This document shows positions 55,145 to 64,000 of a stretch of 64,000 bases of DNA, in pieces. Made by a program: the position numbers and the translations under genes. This DNA comes from Octopus vulgaris. Taxonomy: Eukaryota. The notes beneath the pieces are model-generated. The model did no database searches, was not told the DNA's origin, and saw only the letters and a list, made by a program, of their open reading frames with translations. Within the stretch, counting starts at the first letter, position 1. Every line of letters begins with the position of its first letter. Location: NCBI GenBank assembly GCA_951406725.2, contig OX597828.1, forward strand, positions 20,398,001 through 20,462,000. The letters run 5' to 3'.

Positions 55145-55695
55145 TACATACATACATACATACAAGCATACACATACTAAATGAAGGCCAATTAATGACA
55201 TATCTCTACACATAGGTCACTATGTATCGCTTACATACACAAACACACTTGTACCGACATATACGTAGTCACACACAAACACACACACACATACAAACAC
55301 TCACACACAATACACACACACTCACACGTATACACACATCTTCGTCTTAGATGACAATGCAATTCTACGATTCTAACTAAATATTCCTGAGCTGACTTTG
55401 GAATTTCGGTTGTGTGCGTGATTGTGTGTTGTGTGTGTTGTGACTGTATGTGTGTGCGCGCGAGTGTGTGTGTTTTGTGTGTGTGTGTGCGTGTGTTTAA
55501 ATGTGTGTTTGCCTGTGTAATAGAATATTTACTGAGATACCATGATTCAATCATACACACATATGAGTGTGTAATGCCAGCCGTGTGCTTGTGAATGTAA
55601 TTTCCTATATATACATTCATACATACATAAATACATACATATACATATACATACATATGTATATCTATCTATCTTTCTATCTATCAATCAATCTG

Positions 55696-55737
<42 letters not shown>

Positions 55738-55774
55738 AATGTATCTATCTATCTTTTTATCAATCTTTCTATCC

Positions 55775-55842
<68 letters not shown>

Positions 55843-56310
55843 GATTGTCTGTCTGTTTATCTATCTGTATATCTATCTATCTATCTATCTATCTCTCTCT
55901 ATATATACACACACATATATATATGTATGTATGTGTTTCCATGCATGCATATGTGTATTTATATATATATATGCATACATATAAACTCATATATGTACAT
56001 ACATAAATAAATGTGTTTGTATGCATGCATATGTATATGTATATATATAGATGCATGTATATATGTGCGATAGAGACTGTGTTCGTGTGTGTGAGTGCGT
56101 GCGTGCATTTGTTTATTGGTTTCACATAGGTAAAATGATAAGAAGCCAATAGACTCACATTTATTGATTCCGGATCGTTTTTACAACTCCTGAACGTTCT
56201 CTGTATATTAAAACATATCGAAGTCTGCACTTGAATGTCCTCTGTCCTATTTTTTCCATGAATGGTCCTCTTGATCTCTGAATTAAGATAATCACATTTT
56301 ATATACATAC

Positions 56311-56361
<51 letters not shown>

Positions 56362-56434
56362 CATGTATGTATAAAAATATGCATATATATATGTATATAT
56401 ATATAAATACATGTATGTATATATATATATATAT

Positions 56435-56520
<86 letters not shown>

Positions 56521-56760
56521 CCATGTTGATTCGCTAGCCTCTGCACGCATTTTTTTTTCTCTCCTTCTTTCTGTGTTTCTTCTCTGTGTATCTTTCTGTT
56601 GAAGAGCGTAGGCTCTAAACGTTAAAGACTTGTTTTATTTATATTTCCTGAGCGCCATACTAATACAATTGTTTGTTTGTATTCCACCTGCCTTCGTCTT
56701 TTGTTTATTTCCGTAAACCTGCCTTCGTCTTTTGTCTATTTTCATAAAGCTTCCCGTTAT
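56521..56760 (+). mobile_element. Penelope-like terminal repeat with an A6U hammerhead-like motif (56592-56627; G12 mutated)
   Basis: CUUU-CUGUUGAA-GAGC GUAG GCUC-UAAAC GUU-AAAG; flanked by (TA)n; homologue at 57970-58200. Confidence 0.6.
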
Positions 56761-56767
56761 ATGTATA

Positions 56768-57073
56768 TATCACGTGATCACGTGACCGACCAGTCCATCA
56801 GATGTAGTTACACATCGCTGGTCACAATGCGTTCGCATTGTTTTAGCCTTCGGATGACGCCACCCCGCTGGCTAAGCGAGCAGGCCAACAGAAAGAGTGG
56901 GAGAAAGAGTGGTGAAAGAGTACAGCAGGGATCACCACCCCCTGCCGGAGCCTCGTGGGGCTTTTAGGTGTTTTCGCTCAATAAACACTCACAACGCCCG
57001 GTCTGGGAATCGAAACCACGATCCTACGACCGCGAGTCCGCTGCCCTAACCACAAGGCCATTGCGCCTCCACA
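56768..57073 (-). mobile_element. SINE with the family D head/body and a different 3' tail
   Basis: 56890-57073 matches 4050-4236, but the tail (ending CACGTGATCACGTGA) is unrelated to the tail at 3924. Confidence 0.85.
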
Positions 57074-57090
57074 TATGTGTATATATATAT

Positions 57091-57644
<554 letters not shown>

Positions 57645-57923
57645 AATATGTGTAAATATGTATTTATGTATTGCTGTAAAATATATGATTGGTGGTTGGC
57701 TGTTGCTAATAATATGAAAAGATTTGTAAAGTAGTAAAACAGACATGAGTATAAATATAATTTTCAGAAAAATGCGGAGAAGTAAACAGCAAAGTGAAAG
57801 TTCACTGTAGTACTTCATAGATAGTTTGGTAGAAATCCTGAAAGGTCATCTTAAAAAAAAGAGTGTAGGATACACGGATAAACCTTTACGGTGTCTCTGG
57901 TGTTTGGTACTTAGTAATTTCAG

Positions 57924-57971
<48 letters not shown>

Positions 57972-58060
57972 GAAGAATTCATAAAAAAAACAAAAGACAG
58001 AGACAGGTGCTGTAGACAACAAATAGATGTATTAGTATAACACTCGGGAAGTGAAAAAGT

Positions 58061-58096
58061 CTTTAACGTTTCGAGCCTACGCTCTTCCACAGAAAG
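58061..58096 (-). ncRNA. Minimal hammerhead-like motif, A6U core, in a terminal repeat (57970-58200)
   Basis: Minus strand: CUUU-CUGUGGAA-GAGC GUAG GCUC-GAAAC GUU-AAAG; all helices pair. Confidence 0.65.
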
Positions 58097-58284
58097 GAAC
58101 ACAGAAACAAGGTGAGAAAATAAAGAATCTGTAGTGGCTAGCGATCTATCATGGCGAAAGCCGGACAGAAGGGTCACACAGGAAAGCTAGGGAGAAGGGG
58201 AGATAACAAAGTGGTGGTGATCCCAAAACGAAGGTGCGCGTGCGTTTGTATAAGAGAGTTGTATGTGCGTGTGCAAGACACGAG

Positions 58285-59025
58285 AAAATCCACTCACAAG
58301 ACTTTGCTCAGCCGGAGACCAAAATGAAATACGTTACCTAAGATTCCACGCTGTGGGACTGAACCTGGGACCATGTAATTTGAAAGCAAGCTTCTTGCCA
58401 CACAGTTTCGTCTGCACCTATATATAAAATTGACGTTCGATACACTCCACATTTGGTTTCATGACGTTTATTATATGAATTCTGATTTCGGAATATGTAC
58501 ATTCGAACTCAGCATCGCGGAATATCTGATGAGATTATGAATCGTATGCGGGATGTCTAGCATCTTAGCTTCATCATTAGAGTGTATATTTACAACATTT
58601 ATATTCACTATACCCCACAATCGGTGTGAGGTCCGATCATTATAAGAGTCCTTATTCTGGAATATATACATTACCCTCAGTGGAATTCGTACCTTGGACC
58701 TCCGTGTTTCTGTCGAGAAGACTAAGAATCGAATCCATACGTAGAAAATTACTCTCTGGTATTCAGCGTTTACTCTTTTACTCTTTTACTTGTTTTCGTC
58801 ATTTGACTGTGGCTATGCTGGAGCACCGCTTTAGTCGAGCAAATTGACGCCAGAGTTTATTCTTTGTAAGCCTAGTACTTATTCAATTGGTCTCTTTTGC
58901 CGAACCGCTAAGTTACAAGGACGTAAACATACTAGCATCGGTTGTCAAGCGATGTTGGGGGGGATAAACTCAGACACACAAACATATACACATACACTCA
59001 CGCACACACACACACACACACACAC

Positions 59026-59072
<47 letters not shown>

Positions 59073-59092
59073 TAGATAGATAGATAGATAGA

Positions 59093-59124
<32 letters not shown>

Positions 59125-59949
59125 CATACATATATATACATATATACGACGGGCTTCTTTCAGTTTCCGTCTACCAAATCCACTCACAAGGCTTTGGTCG
59201 ACCCGAGGCTATAGTAGAAGACACTTACCCAAGTTGTCACGCTGGAACCATGTTTTTTGAAAGCAAGCTTCTTGCCACACAGTTTCGTCTGCACCTATAT
59301 ACAAAATTTACAGTCGATACACTCCACATTTGGCTTGATGACGATTATTATATGATTTCTGATTTCGGAATATGTACTCAGGAAAGCCGTATATCTGATG
59401 AGATTACGAATCGTATCTGGGATGTCTAGCATATTAGCTTCACCATTAGAGTGTATATTTGTTTGTTCCTACTCGAGCCATGCCTAGCTCATAAGGGCCG
59501 GTTTCCCGATTTCCTTGGCGTATAGGTTCCACACCTGAACTGGACGCCGGTCCGTCACGGGTAAGCTGCAAGATGCAGGAGGAGAGAGTGAGAGAAAGTT
59601 GTGGCGAAAGAGTCAGCAAAAGTTCGCCATTACCTTCTGCCGGAGCCGCGTGGAGCTTAGGTGTTTCGCTCATAAACACACACATCGCCCTGTCTGAGAT
59701 TCGAAGCCGCGATACCTCAACCGCGAGTTCGCTACTCTAACCACTAGGTCATGTGCCTCCACACAGAGTGTATATTTACAACATTTATATTCACTATACC
59801 CCACAATCGGTGTGATGTCCGATCATTATAAGAGTCCTTATTCTGGAATATATACATTACTATCAGTTGAATTCGTACCTTGAACCTCCGTGTTTCTGAC
59901 GAGAAGACTAAGAATCGAATCCATACGTAGAAAATTATTCTCTGGTATA
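58285..59949. repeat. Tandem segmental duplication (58285-58761 and 59175-59949) around a SINE A (58770-59296, minus)
   Basis: The unique block TACACTCCACATTTGG...CGTAGAAAATTA(C/T)TCTCTGGTAT is present twice. Confidence 0.9.
59461..59764 (-). mobile_element. SINE family D subfamily with a 13-bp TSD
   Basis: AGAGTGTATATTT at 59448-59460 and 59765-59777; the empty site is at 58579-58591. Confidence 0.95.
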
Positions 59950-60749
59950 CAGGATTGGGAAAAGTCTAATCTTATTTTTGCGTTTGATCACTAATACATT
60001 CCTTGTTCTCCACACCACCGTTATTGTTCAAGAGAAAGCCAACGACTATATAAACCGGTGTTCACGAGGTCCCAGTCGTTGCAGACAAAATGTAAATGTC
60101 AGATCAAGTCCCGCATGGCATTTCGTCCAATGCGTTAACAATTCCGCCAATCAAATACGTTAAAAACACTAGTTTATCAGTTCCAAAAAGAACGAAAGGT
60201 AAAATTTGACATCGGTGGAATTTGAACAGAGAGCAGGAATAAATAACGGAAAATAGTTGTTAAAAATGTTCTACTTCGTTTCTCACGACACATTAGTATC
60301 ATGCCCTTGTTCGTTTACCCTTGAATATAGATGTTTGTCGGAATCCAGCTTGAATTAGCCGAGTCATTAGAGCGCAGGACAAAACATGTTGCAGTATTTG
60401 TTCAAGCTATCTATAGTCTGAGTTCAAATCTTACTTTCTTCGAACATCGATAAATTATGGTACCAGTCTATGGATGGAGATCTTTTTGAGAGGATCAGGC
60501 GAGATACCTTGAGGTATTTGGTCTTATCTCTTTGAACTTTGTGTTCTGGACAGGAATACTTATTTCTATGACCTGGTTTATCCCTCTCAAACCTGGACTA
60601 TTGTTGCATTCGCCAGAGTTCACTCCCTTACAAGTACTTGAAACAGGAAGAAAATAAAGTGACTTGAAATGTGTCAGCTAAGGAGTGAAACAGAGACAAA
60701 AAAGAAGAGGCGAAGAACGTGATGGTTATGATGATGATTAGGAGGAGGG

Positions 60750-61080
60750 GGAGCAAGAAGAAGAAGAAGAAGAAGAAGAAGAAGAAGAAGAAGAAGAGAT
60801 GAATTGAAGAGTAGGAAGAAAAAAGGATTGATTTGGTTATAAAGAAGATGATGATGATGATGTCGACGACGGAGAAGAAGAAGAAGAAGAAGAAGAAGAA
60901 GAAGAAGAAGAAGATGAAGAAGAAGATGAAGAAGAAGATAGTGATTTGGTTATAATGAAGATAATGATGACGAAGACGACGACGACGACGAAGAAGAAGA
61001 AGAAGAAGAAGAAGAAGAAGAAGAAGAAGAGAGGAGGAGGGAGGAATAGGGAGAATGAGAAGGGAGGAAGGAGGAAGAGG
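60750..61080 (+). repeat. (GAA)/(GAT)/(GAC) purine-rich compound microsatellite
   Basis: Directly visible. Confidence 0.95.
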
Positions 61081-61653
61081 ATATCTGATGACAATCGCAG
61101 ACATTAACCGCTGCGTTTGAAAGGCAGCATATACAGATATCTTGTAAAGGTACGTTTGAAAGATAAGGTTTAATAGATGGCGAAAATTACCTTATTAATA
61201 GCAGAGAACTGGGCTTTGTGCATTACATCTTACATCATCTACATGTAATGCAGTCTAGCATGTAATGCACATCTGCAGCACCAGCAGCAGATGCAGGTGT
61301 TGCTTGTGTCATTTCTGACGTCATGAATGATCTGACATTAACAATCCTCTTTTCACTCTTTCACCTTCTCTCTACACCTATCACGATCCTGCCACGACCA
61401 CCGCCACGGCCACTACGACATATTATCTGCTGAATAACTTTTACTTTCTTTAAGCATGTATCTTTGTCTTCTCTTACTTATTCGGTTTTTCCCGCTTTTT
61501 CTTTCTTTCAATGGCGAACAATCCATAGGAATGTCTGGTGAACCATTAAACGCTTCTTAAAGCAGAACACGCACACGCACACTGGACATCCTCGTTCCCA
61601 CGTTTTTCTGCCACATGAGAAACAATAGCATACATGTATGTACATATATATAC

Positions 61654-61744
<91 letters not shown>

Positions 61745-62022
61745 GATACATATATTTATATAAATTGTGTGTATATATACATGCATATATATATATATAT
61801 ATATATATATACCTAGATGCATACTTACATTCATATATCCGCGTGTGTGTTTATATATGCGCATACATTAATATATGCAGACATTAATTCACATGTAGAA
61901 ACATGTGTACGTATAAATACTTAAATATGCATATACACATATATGGGTTTCATATATAACCATATGTAAGTATATATATATATAATATGTATGTGCATGT
62001 GTTCGAGGATGCATATGTGCAA

Positions 62023-62065
<43 letters not shown>

Positions 62066-62190
62066 AATATGTATATGTGTGTGTGTGTGCATTTATTTTC
62101 AGAAGAATGCCCACTCGGATTCAAACGTGTACATGCGTACACTGATATATACACACACGCTACATACACACACACATACACACACACGCG

Positions 62191-62226
<36 letters not shown>

Positions 62227-63387
62227 ACACACAAACGCTCGCTGCACACTCCCACACGCATACATTACACCCACTATATACATTAAACAACTCACAATTC
62301 AAGCTAAAAGGCGGTATCACTTCGTTAGCGGCCATCTTAGATTTTGTTAAGCAAGTAAGAAAAGAAAACATGCGATGTTACAGTGTTAGCGGGAGAAAAG
62401 AACACACATCCTTACATATGATAAAAACATTATATTATATTATATTATATTATATTATGCCATGTTATGTTACATTATTGGTTTTCTCTCATATTTTATT
62501 ATATTATATCAGCATTATTGTATATTATTACTACGAGTTACTGTCTACCCTAAAATTATCAAAAGCGCTAAGGGAATCTTCATGGCGGCTTTCCTGTGAA
62601 CATAACCATTATGACAAAATAGTAACAGTTTGGTTTGTTTTTCTTTTGTTGTTGTTGCTCATTTTATTTAATTTACTTCTTTCTTTTTCCTTTTTGGGGA
62701 GACGTGGGTGTTAGTGTGAGGTAATTTAATGGAAGTCTATGGTTTCAAGTAATTTCCTTGACAATCTAAGTGGGTGACGGAATAGATTTCTTTACTTTGG
62801 TAAAGAGCCAAGACAGTTGGTAAGGAAGGCGCAAAATCAACTGAATAAGCTACCGTGTGACTACTAAATATGTTAGAAATAGCAGCTAAAATTTCCTGCG
62901 TGTGTTTAAAAATAGGGAATGAAATATTAGATAGGTAATGAAGTCCTGAGGTGATGGATGGTAAAGCGATTGGTGGTGAATACAGGACTATAGAACGGAG
63001 CCAGGCTGTCGGAAAGGAAAGATTAATTCCGGAAAAATATTTTGCCAGAACTGGTTTCAATTACCATGAGAGGTCCTCTTACTTATCAAGCAACTTTACT
63101 CGTTCGATTAGTACTTGAGCCATCGAGTCAGCAATGTGAAATGAAAAATCTGTAATGGGATCTCGTTACATTAATAAGCATCATTATTGACCGTTGATAT
63201 TTATGTAATGAAATAATCTAAACCAATCTTGAGAAATTAGGTTTCTCAAAACCAGAAAGGAGAAAGCTGATTCGAATCTGTAAAATTCTGTAAAGCTTTC
63301 CAGAAGTTTATCATTTAAGGATGTATGAGCATATCTAGACATTCAGTTGTATGCATGAGAATACACACATATAACAAAACATACAAA

Positions 63388-63549
63388 GCAGTGGCTGTGT
63401 GGTAAGTAACTTGCTTACCAACCACATGGTTCCGGGTTCAGTCCCACTGCGTGGAAACCTTGAGCAAATGTCTTCTACTATAGTTTCGGGCCGACCAAAG
63501 CCTTGTGAGTGGATTTGGTAGACGGAAACTGAAAGAAGCCCGTCGTGTG

Positions 63550-63615
<66 letters not shown>

Positions 63616-63880
63616 TGTGTGTGTATGTATGTATGTATGTATGTATGTATGTATGTATTTATGTATGTATGTATATGTTTGTGTGTCTGTGTTTGTTCCC
63701 CCACCATCGCTTGACAACCGATGCTGATGTGTTTACGTCCCCGTCACTTAGCGATTCAGCAAGAGAGACCGATAGAATAAGTACTAGGCTTACAAAGAAT
63801 AAGTTCTTGGGTCGATTTGCTCGATTCAAGGTGGTGCTTCAGCATGGCCGCCGTCAAATGATTGAAACAAATAAAAGAAT
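63388..63880 (+). mobile_element. SINE family A nested in a repeat homologous to 36160-37075
   Basis: Family A blocks; flanks 63270-63340 and 63960-64000 are reverse-complement homologues of 37033-37070, 36473-36490 and 36223-36260. Confidence 0.9.
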
Positions 63881-64000
63881 ATACATACATACACATATAC
63901 ATACATACACATATACATGCATACATACATGAACGCGACACTTCATAAACCCTTGTTGATGTTGAAATTCCAATGAAGGAACCTTGAGATCTAGGTTAGA

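Noticed and set aside
58522-58556. CTGATGA-GATT-ATG-AATC hairpin resembling a hammerhead 5' half (also ~59395)
   Set aside because: Followed by GTAT rather than GAAA, with no NUH/stem III in either copy.
61317-61324. CRE palindrome TGACGTCA in non-repetitive sequence
   Set aside because: One 8-mer in 64 kb is expected by chance, and there is no promoter context.

Overview
AT-rich, repeat-saturated eukaryotic DNA. The tRNA-derived SINE families and the microsatellite load look like an octopus (coleoid cephalopod) genome; this is inferred from recalled family features, not from a search. I found no host protein-coding exon, true RNA gene or CRISPR array, and most ORFs in the track are translations of microsatellites. 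The window holds: (i) four recurrent SINE families; (ii) a near-intact IR/DR-type Tc1 element (14249-15875, DD34E, one nonsense mutation), several deleted Tc1/mariner derivatives, hAT (Charlie-like) and piggyBac fossils, and a non-autonomous Helitron; (iii) R4/Dong and Penelope (GIY-YIG) remnants and a ~550-bp retroposon tied to (TAA)n. The main unexplained signal is about 14 minimal type-I hammerhead-ribozyme-like motifs. They have palindromic stem III, several alternative catalytic cores and sometimes a very long helix II. Most lie in short, often fold-back, Penelope-like elements next to (TA)n. There is also a ~260-bp, ~67% GC island with bacterial-type codon bias inside a repeat (20181-20438), which could be transfer or contamination.
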